Virus record (IMG/VR): IMGVR_UViG_3300002026_001699
Span: 1 to 64,000 of that record
Length of the DNA stretch: 64,000 bases
Direction: 5' to 3' (one strand)
From: a virus
Lineage: Duplodnaviria > Caudoviricetes
The notes under the pieces are model-generated. The model worked only from the letters and a program-made list of their open reading frames with translations, was not told where the DNA came from and made no database searches. Positions 48,242 to 58,475 of the stretch are shown piece by piece; the first letter of the stretch is position 1; each line of letters begins with the position of its first letter. The position numbers and the translations under genes are program-made.

Positions 48242-51200
48242 TTACATACATTTTGAGAAACCACAAGTGCAACTAACACAACCTTCAACATATCTCATTT
48301 CGCCTCCACATTCAGGACAAACATCACCAGTCATTACCCTTTCACCATCTTTTATATATTTCTTGAGAACACGAGAAACAGCTCTTTCAAATCCCATAAA
48401 ATGTTTAGATTTTGACATCTGGTCAACAACAAATTGCAGAGGTGTTCCATGCCTTAATGCCATTGAGGTCATTCTTGCCATAACACCATAAGTTGCATCC
48501 ATTGTTTCAGCCAAGTTATCTTTAACAACTTTTTCAACTCCATTTCTTATAATTAAAGAATATTTTCCTTTACCATTCTTTTTTATAATACCTTCTTTAT
48601 GATTATTTACATCAATCAAACCATCTTTGTTTTCATCAACGAAAATTTCATATAAAGAACCTTGAAGTTTACCAACAAGAACCATCCATTTTTTACTATC
48701 AACAGAAATCTCATGAATATCACATGGAAGTTCATCTGGTCTTTTTGGTGCCATATGTCTTTCTATATATTCTTCTTTTTTTACTTTAGGCTCATTATAT
48801 TCTAATATACCTTTCAAATTTCCAGAAGGATTAAAAGTTGTGAATCCTTTAAGTCCTTTATCATAAGCATACATAAAAAGATCTTGATATTCTTCAAGAG
48901 ATGTTCCTGGAGATAAATTAGCAGTTTTACTAATTGAAGAATCAATATATTTTTGCCATACTGCTTGTATATCAATAGATTTTTTTACATTAATTGTTGT
49001 AGTTGTTATAAAATAATCAGGATGAGCTAAATTTATTTCTTGTTCTGTAAGATTAATATAACTTTTATTATAATGATGTTCAAGATATTTTAACCAAGCA
49101 TTATCATATACAATTTGTTGTTTTGTTTCATCACCAAGTCCTGTTCTATAACTTCTTTTATAAGAAAGAGAAAACATTGGTTCTATTCCAGAACTACAAT
49201 TTTGACCAATACTTAATGAAATAGTTCCAGTTGGAGCACATGTATTTATATTTATATTACGAATACCATTTTCAAGAATTGATTTTTTAATATCATTTGG
49301 TAGTCTCTTGCAAAAACCAGATTCAATAAATTTTTCTCTATTTAAAACAGGAAATTGACCTTTCTCTTTTGCTAATTCTATTGATGCTTTATAAGATTCG
49401 TTTCTTAGAAATTCACCTAATTTATGAGTAAGCTTTAAACTATCTTCTTCACCATAAGTTATTTTCATCATAGCTAACATATCTGCAAATCCAGTAAAAC
49501 CAAGACCTATTCTTCTTTCTCCCATAGACCTATCTTTAATTTTTTCTAATGGATATTCCGTCACAGTAAGAACATTATCAAGAAATCTTACTCCAACTTT
49601 TATAGTTTTAATTAAATTTTCCCAATCAATTTTAGCATCGTCAGTAAAAGGATTTAAAACAAATTTACTAAAGTTTATAGCACCGAGGTCACACACGGCA
49701 TACTCTGGCATCGAGATTTCACCACAATTTAAAGTGTTACAGGATAACAACTTATCTCTACCTGATGCAGTTTTTGTTTGATTAAATATAATATCAAAGT
49801 TATGAACATCGTCTACTGTACCATTATAAACTGTATCAACTCCAATTTTTGTTACTGAAACAATTTTATGATTATAAATCATTCCATTTTCTATTAATTG
49901 TTTAGCTACTGTAGTTTTGCAATTATTTGTGTTTTTATTTATAGATTGAACAGAGATAGGATTTATATTAAAATTGTCAAAAATATTGCTAATAAATGTT
50001 TTATAAGAACCACTTAAGCCAGCAGTTCTAAGATCATTTATTCCATAACTATTTAAGATATAAGAAAATTCTGCCCAAGATGGGATAATATTATTTTCAT
50101 TTACATATTTAGAAAAAAGATTAAAAATCATATCTTGAGATGTTACATGACTTTCATTTGCTTTATCATGTGAAATTTTTGCCATTTTTTTATTATGTTC
50201 AAAAGCTCCACAACTCTGGGAGCAATAGGCTTGTTCTCTTCTGCCAAAACGTACAGAAAATTCATTACCGCAGTGCTCACATGTCTTTTTAACCATAACT
50301 ACATTGTTTTCAACAAAACATTCAAGATCAGTTAATTTTTGACATTCTTTAAAATGTTTATTTGTTCTTTTTTCTATTCCAGTTACAAAAATATCCTTAA
50401 AATTAATCCATGCCTGTTTTGTATTAGATGACGCTTTAACTTTATATTCTAAAGTAGAACACCTTTCTTTTGCTTTTTGACTAATTTTTGATTTTGTTTC
50501 TTGGGATCTTTTTGCGCCAATGTGATATTTTTCTCTCATTTTTTGTTGTGCTTGAGGATCATTCCTCCAGTTTTTTTCTGGGTAACGAATCATTGGATTT
50601 TTATCACCAGAAATATCATGTATGATATCATGTTCTTCTTTTGTCATCATTTGAAGATTATTTACAGAATTATTTGAAGGATTAAAATCTTTATGATGTA
50701 TTATATATCCTTCTGGTATTTTACTCTTAGTAAGTTGTTCATAAACAAATCTATGCTCTCCTATCAGTTTTTTTCCATTAGACATTAACCAATATCCATC
50801 TTTTTCAGAATACTCATCTTCTTTTAATGTATTCCATTTAGAATAAACAGCCAGGCTTTCACCAGACTGAAGATTTATAGCCTCTTTATACATTCCATCT
50901 TTCATTCTAAATTTATGATTTCCTGTACATTTAATTGTTGATCCATCATCTAATAGGACTTGATAAATATCTTGATCATATCCTGTAATTCGTGGGTTGC
51001 GCATTGTTTTTATAATGGGCTCTCCATTATCATCACGTGCATAAACTGGAATATCCTTTCCTTCTTCAGCAAGTTGTTTGATTGGGATAAAATTTCTTCC
51101 ATCAGCAACAGCTACAAGAGTATCACCAGTAAGACATGGATTACATTGCTCAATATTATACATATAATAACCATTGTTTTCTTTATTAACATGGTCAAGA

Positions 51201-51946
51201 TTAAAAATACCTGGCTCATTATTCATGAATGCATTTTTTGTAATCTTATCATATAGGTCTTTAGCTTTAACTGTTTTATAAACTTTATCTTTAAACTTTA
51301 AATCCCAATCACCATCATTTTTTACTTGTTCAATAAAAGCATCAGTAATACCAACTGAGATGTTAAATTGCGTTAGAGCTTTATTTTTATCACCTTGTTT
51401 GATTGTTATGAACTCTTCAATATCAGGGTGGTCAACGTTCATAATTGCAATATGTGCACCTCTTCTCCCTCCACCTGTATGGATTGTTTTAGCAGAGGCA
51501 TCAAATATTTGAGTAAAAGATAGTGGTCCTGATGATTCTCCACCTTTAGAGATTGATGAATTTCTTGGTCTCATGTTAGATATATTAAATCCAACTCCTC
51601 CACCCATTTTACCAATTAGAGCGTCTTCTTTAAGGGCATCATAAATACCTTCCATTGAATCATCTATTTTAATAGTAAAACAATTGTTATAATTCTTCAT
51701 TTTACTGTCTGGTCTTGCATTGGCAAGTATTCTTCCAGCTGGTATAAATTTACCAGAAATAAGTTGATTATAAAACTCATCCTTTACAAGATTGAATTTA
51801 TCATTTGTTTCACATGATGCAATTTCTGTTGATATATCCTCGAATATTTTCTCCACAGATTCTTGATTGTGAATATTATATTTCATTTCAAATATTTCTT
51901 TTGATATTGGTTGTTCCCATTCCCATTTTTTATTATTATCACCCAT
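48242..51946 (-). CDS. nrdJ: class II (B12-dependent) ribonucleotide reductase with intein
   Basis: PAGRIL, NCF, GGGVG, NP|...|CGE active site, RRIGLG, APTGTIS, SSGIEP, SKTAN, KGFTTF, and C-terminal TSCPD + Zn ribbon. Confidence 0.95.
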   Translation of the reverse strand: MGDNNKKWEWEQPISKEIFEMKYNIHNQESVEKIFEDISTEIASCETNDKFNLVKDEFYNQLISGKFIPAGRILANARPDSKMKNYNNCFTIKIDDSMEGIYDALKEDALIGKMGGGVGFNISNMRPRNSSISKGGESSGPLSFTQIFDASAKTIHTGGGRRGAHIAIMNVDHPDIEEFITIKQGDKNKALTQFNISVGITDAFIEQVKNDGDWDLKFKDKVYKTVKAKDLYDKITKNAFMNNEPGIFNLDHVNKENNGYYMYNIEQCNPCLTGDTLVAVADGRNFIPIKQLAEEGKDIPVYARDDNGEPIIKTMRNPRITGYDQDIYQVLLDDGSTIKCTGNHKFRMKDGMYKEAINLQSGESLAVYSKWNTLKEDEYSEKDGYWLMSNGKKLIGEHRFVYEQLTKSKIPEGYIIHHKDFNPSNNSVNNLQMMTKEEHDIIHDISGDKNPMIRYPEKNWRNDPQAQQKMREKYHIGAKRSQETKSKISQKAKERCSTLEYKVKASSNTKQAWINFKDIFVTGIEKRTNKHFKECQKLTDLECFVENNVVMVKKTCEHCGNEFSVRFGRREQAYCSQSCGAFEHNKKMAKISHDKANESHVTSQDMIFNLFSKYVNENNIIPSWAEFSYILNSYGINDLRTAGLSGSYKTFISNIFDNFNINPISVQSINKNTNNCKTTVAKQLIENGMIYNHKIVSVTKIGVDTVYNGTVDDVHNFDIIFNQTKTASGRDKLLSCNTLNCGEISMPEYAVCDLGAINFSKFVLNPFTDDAKIDWENLIKTIKVGVRFLDNVLTVTEYPLEKIKDRSMGERRIGLGFTGFADMLAMMKITYGEEDSLKLTHKLGEFLRNESYKASIELAKEKGQFPVLNREKFIESGFCKRLPNDIKKSILENGIRNININTCAPTGTISLSIGQNCSSGIEPMFSLSYKRSYRTGLGDETKQQIVYDNAWLKYLEHHYNKSYINLTEQEINLAHPDYFITTTTINVKKSIDIQAVWQKYIDSSISKTANLSPGTSLEEYQDLFMYAYDKGLKGFTTFNPSGNLKGILEYNEPKVKKEEYIERHMAPKRPDELPCDIHEISVDSKKWMVLVGKLQGSLYEIFVDENKDGLIDVNNHKEGIIKKNGKGKYSLIIRNGVEKVVKDNLAETMDATYGVMARMTSMALRHGTPLQFVVDQMSKSKHFMGFERAVSRVLKKYIKDGERVMTGDVCPECGGEMRYVEGCVSCTCGFSKCM
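49727..51136 (-). mobile_element. contiguous intein (470 aa) with HNH endonuclease
   Basis: CLTGDT block A, CTGNH block B, HNH EHR...HHKDFNPSNN...EH, NUMOD3-like KRSQETKSKIS, VYNGTV block F; ends TLN|C. Confidence 0.92.
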
Positions 51947-52106
51947 ACAACACTACTCCTTGTTATTATTATTTATGAGAAAATGAATTAAATTGATTTT
52001 TTTAATCTTGGATTGTTTGCCCATATTTTCTCCACTCTCATTTATTATTATCTTAAAGCCAATTTTATATAAAGTCAAATAAACATTTTTATATATTTTT
52101 GTAAAA

Positions 52107-52382
52107 TCAAATACTTTTTAGTACAACAAACTCTTCTCCTTGTAGTATAAGAATACATCCTTCATTTATAAATCTTGATAATGTTATTTTTTTACCAAAT
52201 ATATACAAGTCTTCAATGCCATCTTTCTCTATTATTTCAACATTTATATATGCTGAAACATCATCAAGTTGATGTAAAAACAATTCAGAAGACTTTATTT
52301 CTTTAATAATATTAAAGTTTTTTTTAATTAAAGATGATATTTTCTTTATATTTTTGATTTTTTTCTTTAGTTCTCTATCCAT
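52107..52382 (-). CDS. hypothetical protein
   Basis: 91-aa ORF. Confidence 0.55.
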   Translation of the reverse strand: MDRELKKKIKNIKKISSLIKKNFNIIKEIKSSELFLHQLDDVSAYINVEIIEKDGIEDLYIFGKKITLSRFINEGCILILQGEEFVVLKSI

Positions 52383-52443
52383 AACACAATTAAATATGCC
52401 TGTATTATGCTATTTTAATCTTATATTTCTATAAGATAAATGA

Positions 52444-52695
52444 ATGGAAAGAGTAGCGTTTAATACATGGTATAAGGCATCAGATAATGACTGGCAGAGC
52501 TGTTTTTATAATTATTTTATATCTTTAGATGATGATAAAATAGGATATTATTCTGTTGGTTTTGGAATACGTGGTTTTGGATATTTTATGGATTATATGG
52601 AAGATTTTCGTGAAGTTGTTATGGAAGAGATATTTGATAATTTTGTATTTAAAAAGGTAGCTTTGCATGATATAATAAAGGATTGCTTTTCATGA
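52444..52695 (+). CDS. hypothetical protein
   Basis: 83-aa ORF starting the + strand block. Confidence 0.6.
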   Translation: MERVAFNTWYKASDNDWQSCFYNYFISLDDDKIGYYSVGFGIRGFGYFMDYMEDFREVVMEEIFDNFVFKKVALHDIIKDCFS

Positions 52696-52919
52696 TATAT
52701 AGAAGAACAAATCCGGAAATAGATTCTTTTCTATTATTTATGGATGATAAGATTCAATTATTTCACATTGACGCAAAATATAATTCTATTACAATTAATT
52801 ATATGGAGAATAATACTTCAGTAGAAGGGATACATGCACATGGTTATAAAAAAGTGACTGATACAAGTTTAAGAAAATTAATTCAATTAATGTTTATATA
52901 CAAGGTAGAAATAAGATGA
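52683..52919 (+). CDS. hypothetical protein
   Basis: 78-aa ORF; probable start MIYRR. Confidence 0.55.
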   Translation: MLFMIYRRTNPEIDSFLLFMDDKIQLFHIDAKYNSITINYMENNTSVEGIHAHGYKKVTDTSLRKLIQLMFIYKVEIR

Positions 52920-53035
52920 TTAAAAAGTTAAATGAAACAATTATCAATGAATTGTATGGAATAATGAAATTAAATAAAAAATGTTCCAAGTTTATATTTC
53001 AGCAATATCCTGATAATAAAATAGAAATAATCTAA
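52916..53035 (+). CDS. small hypothetical protein (39 aa, not in ORF track)
   Basis: ATGA overlap; MIKKLNETIINELYGIMKLNKKCSKFIFQQYPDNKIEII. Confidence 0.45.
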   Translation: MIKKLNETIINELYGIMKLNKKCSKFIFQQYPDNKIEII

Positions 53036-53047
53036 GGTGGACAAAAT

Positions 53048-54817
53048 ATGAAAACAGCTATAATAATGGGAAGATTTCAACCAATAACAAATGCTCATTA
53101 TGGGATAATACAAAAGGCTATAGAAAAATATCCTCAAACTTTTGTTGTAATTATAAACTCTAAAGTTTCAATTGCTGCAAATGTAAGAAGAAGAGCAAGA
53201 GTTGATGGAAGTGATTTACCAAAAGAAGGCGATATAGAAGCTTGGAAGGGTATGAAGGCAAAGGGTAAATTATCAAAATCAGCAAATCCTAAAAGAATGG
53301 AAGATGAAATACAAATAAATCCATTTTCAGGAGCATTGAGAGCAAAACTTATATATGATGCCTTTAATGGTAAATTACATAATAATATGATTATTCAATC
53401 CCCTCTTGCTAATATAGAACAAATTATAAATAGAATAATAGACCAAACAGGTTCAAAAGAATTTGTAATTTTATGTGGTGAGGATAGAAGACAAGTTTAT
53501 ACTGACCAAATAAAATCAGCAATTGAGAAAGAATATGTTCCTTCTGATACAAAAATAGATATAGAAGTTTTATCAAGGGATATGGATTCTGCTGATAATG
53601 TATCAGCTACAAGAGTAAGACAAGCCTTGAAGGATAATGATAGAGAAGAGTTTAATAAACTTGTTCCAAATGGAATACAACAACATTTTTATAGAATGAG
53701 AAAATTTATAATGACAGAGGGTCAAAGGTCTTTCTTTAGAAGAATGTTATTAGAAATGACACATATTGAAGATTTAAAAGTAAGTGATTTTATATCATTT
53801 GTTAAAGAAATTTATTCATCAGAGGCTTCAATAAAATTAGATGGAACTGCTAATCTTGCAATTGGAATAGATGATAGTGGAAAATTATATACAGCATTTG
53901 GTAAGAATGCCTTCTTTAAAGGTGATATTACTCCAGTTGATAAAAGAGTTTATAGTGTTGATGATTGGATTGGAAAGAATAAATTATATTTTAATTCTGC
54001 CGCCTCTGCTCATTCTGCTTTAGAAAAAGTAAAAGAGGATATTAAGTCTGTATTAAAACCTGGTCAAGAAGCATCGGCAGAATTAATGTTTGGTGATAAA
54101 CCAAATTGTATTAAATATGATTTTGGTGGAGTTAATTATTTAGTTATATTAAATAATGAAGAGTTGGCAGATATTTTAAACAAGAAAGTAGTTCATACAG
54201 ATGTAGTTAATTTAGAGATTGATGTTGAAGAATTAAAAAAGGTGAATGTTAAACAAACATGGACTTTTGGTAAAACTCAGGTAATAGACCCTAAAAAATA
54301 TGATATAAACATTAATCAAGAGTTGCAAGAGTTAGAGGCTTTTTTAGAGGCTGAAACAGAAGGATTTAGAAATATAGATATTATTGGTATGAAGGCTATT
54401 GGCAAGAAAAGTGAAATGATACAGCTTGTAAGAAATAAAGCTTTAAAATTAAAACTTAATATAAAAGAACAATTATTAAAACAATTCGTAAGAAAAGTAA
54501 AAGAAGGAAGTTATATACCTTCTGATGGATACTCTCACGAAGGAATAGTTTTAAAAAACAAATCTGGTGAAATGACAAAAATAATAGATAAAGATGTATT
54601 TACAGCCATTCATGAAAAAGATTGGAAACCATCTCATGATGCTGATAAAGTTATAAAATCTTTTGAGAAAAATGGAATTACAAAAGAAGAAGCAATTACT
54701 TATTTAACAGATAGAATAACAAATTTTGATAAATATTATTCTGATGTTGCAGATGATATGAAGGATAGAATGAAGAATGCTCTTAAAATGATGAGAATTG
54801 ATTTAAAGAGGGGATAA
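53048..54817 (+). CDS. cytidylyltransferase-like (HIGH) domain fused to a ligase-like nucleotidyltransferase domain
   Basis: GRFQPITNAH, CGEDR, VSATRVR; C-terminal part has SIKLDG and HEGIVL. Confidence 0.7.
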   Translation: MKTAIIMGRFQPITNAHYGIIQKAIEKYPQTFVVIINSKVSIAANVRRRARVDGSDLPKEGDIEAWKGMKAKGKLSKSANPKRMEDEIQINPFSGALRAKLIYDAFNGKLHNNMIIQSPLANIEQIINRIIDQTGSKEFVILCGEDRRQVYTDQIKSAIEKEYVPSDTKIDIEVLSRDMDSADNVSATRVRQALKDNDREEFNKLVPNGIQQHFYRMRKFIMTEGQRSFFRRMLLEMTHIEDLKVSDFISFVKEIYSSEASIKLDGTANLAIGIDDSGKLYTAFGKNAFFKGDITPVDKRVYSVDDWIGKNKLYFNSAASAHSALEKVKEDIKSVLKPGQEASAELMFGDKPNCIKYDFGGVNYLVILNNEELADILNKKVVHTDVVNLEIDVEELKKVNVKQTWTFGKTQVIDPKKYDININQELQELEAFLEAETEGFRNIDIIGMKAIGKKSEMIQLVRNKALKLKLNIKEQLLKQFVRKVKEGSYIPSDGYSHEGIVLKNKSGEMTKIIDKDVFTAIHEKDWKPSHDADKVIKSFEKNGITKEEAITYLTDRITNFDKYYSDVADDMKDRMKNALKMMRIDLKRG

Positions 54818-54818
54818 T

Positions 54819-55274
54819 ATGGATTTTAAATATGAACAAATAATATCACTATTTACTAATCCTCTTCAAACTATGGCTAAAGGCTTATGGATGGATGGAA
54901 CAGAAGGTGAAGGAGAGCATAAATTTTGGTATAATAGTGGTCAATTATATCAACATTGTTTTTATAAAGGTAGAGAAAGAGAAGGTGAATATAAGAAATG
55001 GTGGGGAAATGGTCAATTATCTATTCATACTTTTTATAAAAATGGTAATAGAGATGGTGAATATAAAAGTTGGCATAGTAATGGTAAATCGCTTGTTCAT
55101 GCTTTTTTTAAAGATGGTAAAGAAGAAGGTGAACTTAAAAGATGGTTTGATAATGGTCAATTAGAATATCATTGTTTTTATAAAAATGCTGAAAGACATG
55201 GCGTTCGTAAAGAATGGGATGAGAAAGGTAATCTTATTAAATCAACAACTTATAAAAATGGTAGAGAAATATGA
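54819..55274 (+). CDS. MORN-repeat (YwqK-like) protein, array member 1
   Basis: EQIISLFTNP leader + 24-aa repeats YKxWxxNGQLxxxxFYKNGxxDGE. Confidence 0.85.
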   Translation: MDFKYEQIISLFTNPLQTMAKGLWMDGTEGEGEHKFWYNSGQLYQHCFYKGREREGEYKKWWGNGQLSIHTFYKNGNRDGEYKSWHSNGKSLVHAFFKDGKEEGELKRWFDNGQLEYHCFYKNAERHGVRKEWDEKGNLIKSTTYKNGREI

Positions 55275-55795
55275 TAATGCATGAACAAACTAAGGATTTA
55301 TTTACTTCTCCAATTAAAACTATGGAAGCCGGTTTATGGTTTAGTGGTGTGAGAGGTGAAGGTTTATATAAAGAGTGGTGGGAAAATGGTAAATTATATA
55401 CACAACGTTTTTATAAAAATAATAAAAAAGATGGTGAATATAAAAAATGGTTAGAAAGTGGTCAATTAGAAATTCATTGTTTTTATAAGAATGATAAGTT
55501 AGAAGGAGAATATAAACAATGGAATGATAAAGGTAAATTATATCAACATTGTTTTTTTAAAGATGGTAAATTAGATGGTGAATATAAGAAATGGTATGAA
55601 AATGGTAAATTATATATACAATATTTTTTAAAAAATGATAAAAGAGATGGTGAATATAAATCTTGGTATGAAAATGGAAAATTATGTCAACATGGTTTTT
55701 ATAAAAATGGTAAATTTGATGGTGAATATAAAGAATGGAATGATAAAGGTAAATTAAAAAATTCAGCAATTTTTAAAAATGGAGAAGTAGTATGA
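55271..55795 (+). CDS. MORN-repeat protein, array member 2
   Basis: Same leader and repeats; ATGA overlap. Confidence 0.85.
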   Translation: MIMHEQTKDLFTSPIKTMEAGLWFSGVRGEGLYKEWWENGKLYTQRFYKNNKKDGEYKKWLESGQLEIHCFYKNDKLEGEYKQWNDKGKLYQHCFFKDGKLDGEYKKWYENGKLYIQYFLKNDKRDGEYKSWYENGKLCQHGFYKNGKFDGEYKEWNDKGKLKNSAIFKNGEVV

Positions 55796-56316
55796 TAATG
55801 TATGAACAAATTATAAATCTATTTAAATCTCCAGTTAGAACTATGAATATTGGATTGTGGATGGATGGAACAAAGGGTGAAGGCAAGTATAAACAATGGA
55901 ATAAAAATGGAGTATTATATGAACAATCATATTATAAAAATGGTAATTTAGATGGTGAATATAAAGTGTGGAGTGAAAATGGTAAATTAGATACTCAATG
56001 TTTTTATAAAAATGGCAGAAAAGATGGTGATTATAAAAGATGGTATGAGAATGGTCAACTTCGTGAACACTGTTTTTTCAAAAAAGGAAATAAAGAAGGT
56101 GAATATAAAGAGTGGCATGAAAATGGTCAATTAAGCACAGTTTGTTATTATAAAGAAGGACTATTAGAAGGTGAGAATAAAGAGTGGCGAGACAGTGGTA
56201 AATTACTTATTCATTGTTATTATAAAGATGATGAATTAGACGGTGAATTTAAATATTATAATATAAAAGGTGAAATTACAAGACATGAATTTTATAAAGA
56301 TGGTCACAAAGTATGA
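55792..56316 (+). CDS. MORN-repeat protein, array member 3
   Basis: Same leader and repeats. Confidence 0.85.
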   Translation: MIMYEQIINLFKSPVRTMNIGLWMDGTKGEGKYKQWNKNGVLYEQSYYKNGNLDGEYKVWSENGKLDTQCFYKNGRKDGDYKRWYENGQLREHCFFKKGNKEGEYKEWHENGQLSTVCYYKEGLLEGENKEWRDSGKLLIHCYYKDDELDGEFKYYNIKGEITRHEFYKDGHKV

Positions 56317-56611
56317 TAATGCATGAACAAATAATATCATTATTTATTTCTCCAGAAGAAACATTATATAATGGACTTTGGATGAGTGGTAAAAGAGAAG
56401 GTGAATATAAAAAATGGTATAGAAATGGTCAGCAACGTGAAAGTTGTTTTTATAAAGATGAAGAAAAAATGGTCCATTTAAACAATGGTATACTAACGGT
56501 CAATTGTATATTCTTTGTTATTATAGATATAATGAATTAAATGGTGAATATAAAGAATGGGATGATAAAGGTAAATTGATGGATTCAGGAACTTTTAAGG
56601 ATGGTAAATAA
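56313..56611 (+). pseudogene. MORN-repeat protein, array member 4, frameshifted
   Basis: 1-nt loss near 56460 (GAT G[G]A AGA AAA AAT GGT); the shifted frame continues the repeat consensus to TAA at 56609-56611. Confidence 0.8.
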
Positions 56612-56613
56612 GT

Positions 56614-57009
56614 ATGAATGTAATGCGCAAACAAATTAGAGATTTTTTTACTAATCAAGAAATGGCTATGATAGGTGGTTTATGGTTTAGTGGCATAGAG
56701 TTTGATGGTGAATATAAAGAGTGGTATGATGAAGATCAATTATCAGTACATTGTTTTTGGAAAAATGGAGATTATGATGGTGAATATAAATCATGGTATG
56801 ATGATGGAAAACTTATGGAAAAATGTTTTTATAAAGATGGAGTAAAAGATGGTGAGTTTAAAATCTGGAGTAATGATGGAAAAATAGAATCACATGGTTT
56901 TTATAAAGGTGGAATTTTGGAAGGTGAGTATAAGAAATGGGGCGCAAGAGGCAAACTAAGACAGCACTCAATATATAAAAACGGTAGAATAAAAGAAAAG
57001 ATAGTATGA
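56614..57009 (+). CDS. MORN-repeat protein, array member 5
   Basis: Same leader and repeats. Confidence 0.85.
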   Translation: MNVMRKQIRDFFTNQEMAMIGGLWFSGIEFDGEYKEWYDEDQLSVHCFWKNGDYDGEYKSWYDDGKLMEKCFYKDGVKDGEFKIWSNDGKIESHGFYKGGILEGEYKKWGARGKLRQHSIYKNGRIKEKIV

Positions 57010-57398
57010 TAATGCATGAACAAATAATATCATTATTTACTTCTCCTATTGAAACAATGACTGGTGGTTTATGGTTTAGTGGTATAGAAGATGAAGGCGA
57101 ATATAAACAGTGGTATAAAAGTGGTAAATTATTAAAACATACTTTTTATAAGAATGATAATTTAGATGGTGAATATAAAATATGGTATTATAATGGAGTT
57201 TTAAAAAATAGTTGTTTTCATAAAGATGGACTATTAGAAGGTGAGTATAAAGAGTGGTATGAGAATGGTCAATTATCACTTCATTGTTTTTTCAAGAATG
57301 GAAAAGAAGATGGTGAATCAAAAGAGTGGGATAGTAGTGGTAATTTAATAATACGTTCAATATATAAAAATGGTAAATTTGTAAAGGTGATAAAATGA
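57006..57398 (+). CDS. MORN-repeat protein, array member 6
   Basis: Same leader and repeats. Confidence 0.85.
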   Translation: MIMHEQIISLFTSPIETMTGGLWFSGIEDEGEYKQWYKSGKLLKHTFYKNDNLDGEYKIWYYNGVLKNSCFHKDGLLEGEYKEWYENGQLSLHCFFKNGKEDGESKEWDSSGNLIIRSIYKNGKFVKVIK

Positions 57399-57790
57399 AT
57401 GTAATGCATATACAAATCATTGATTTATTTACTAATCCTCAACAAACTATGTATGATGGTCTATGGTATTGCGGCATATATGGAGAAGGTGAATTTAAAG
57501 AATGGGATGATAGTGGACAATTATTTCAACGCACCTATTGGAAGAATGGAAAGAAGGATGGTGAGTTTAAAGAATGGCATAGAAATGGTCAATTATTTCA
57601 ACAATGTTTTTATAAAAATAATGGTATAGACGGTGAGTATAAAAGATGGCATGAAAATGGTCAACTTCGTGAACACTCTTTTTATAAAGATGGTAAAAGA
57701 GATGGTGAATATAAAACATGGCGAGACGATGGCAAATTATTAGCACATAAGATATATAAAAATGGTGCGTTAGTAAAGGAGATAAAATGA
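57395..57790 (+). CDS. MORN-repeat protein, array member 7
   Basis: Same leader and repeats. Confidence 0.85.
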   Translation: MNVMHIQIIDLFTNPQQTMYDGLWYCGIYGEGEFKEWDDSGQLFQRTYWKNGKKDGEFKEWHRNGQLFQQCFYKNNGIDGEYKRWHENGQLREHSFYKDGKRDGEYKTWRDDGKLLAHKIYKNGALVKEIK

Positions 57791-58098
57791 CATTTGCAGA
57801 ACAACAAATTATAGACTTATTTACTTCTCCTCTTAAAACAATGACAAATGGATTATGGTTTAGTATGATATATGGAGAGGGTGAATTCAAACAATGGTTT
57901 GTTAATGGTATATTATGTGAACACTCATATTATAAAGGTGGAGAAAAAAATGGTGAATGTAAATTATGGTGGCGGAATGGTCAATTATATACTCATGCTT
58001 TTTATAAAAACAATAAAAAAGATGGTGAGTGTAAAGTATGGAATAAAAATGGTGAGTTAGATATTCATACTTTTTATAAGGATGGTAAAAAAGTATGA
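57787..58098 (+). CDS. MORN-repeat protein, array member 8
   Basis: Same leader and repeats. Confidence 0.85.
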   Translation: MTFAEQQIIDLFTSPLKTMTNGLWFSMIYGEGEFKQWFVNGILCEHSYYKGGEKNGECKLWWRNGQLYTHAFYKNNKKDGECKVWNKNGELDIHTFYKDGKKV

Positions 58099-58475
58099 AT
58101 TATAGACAACAACTTGTAGACTTATTTACTTCTCCAGAATCAGCAATGGTTAATGGTTTATGGTATAGTGGAACATATGGAGAAGGTTTATTGAAAAGTT
58201 GGCATTATAAGGGTCATGTATATTATGAAATTTATTATAAAAATGGTAAACAAGATGGTGAATATAAAATGTGGCATGAGAACGGTCAATTATCTGAAAT
58301 TAGTTTTTATAAAGATGGTAAAAGAGAAGGTGAATGTAAAAGATGGTTTGATAATGGACAAATGTTTAAACATTGTTTTTATAAAAATAACAAGTTAAGT
58401 GGTGAATATAAAGAATGGAATAATAAAGGTGAACAAATAGGCTCTATGATGTTCAAGGATGATAAACAAATATGA
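58095..58475 (+). CDS. MORN-repeat protein, array member 9
   Basis: Same leader and repeats. Confidence 0.85.
   Translation: MNYRQQLVDLFTSPESAMVNGLWYSGTYGEGLLKSWHYKGHVYYEIYYKNGKQDGEYKMWHENGQLSEISFYKDGKREGECKRWFDNGQMFKHCFYKNNKLSGEYKEWNNKGEQIGSMMFKDDKQI

Noticed and set aside
51947-52024. 23-codon upstream ORF in frame with nrdJ through a TAG (possible leader or readthrough), or a B12 riboswitch
   Set aside because: In-frame placement has a 1-in-3 chance, nrdJ has its own GGAG RBS, and no structured GC-rich riboswitch sequence is visible.
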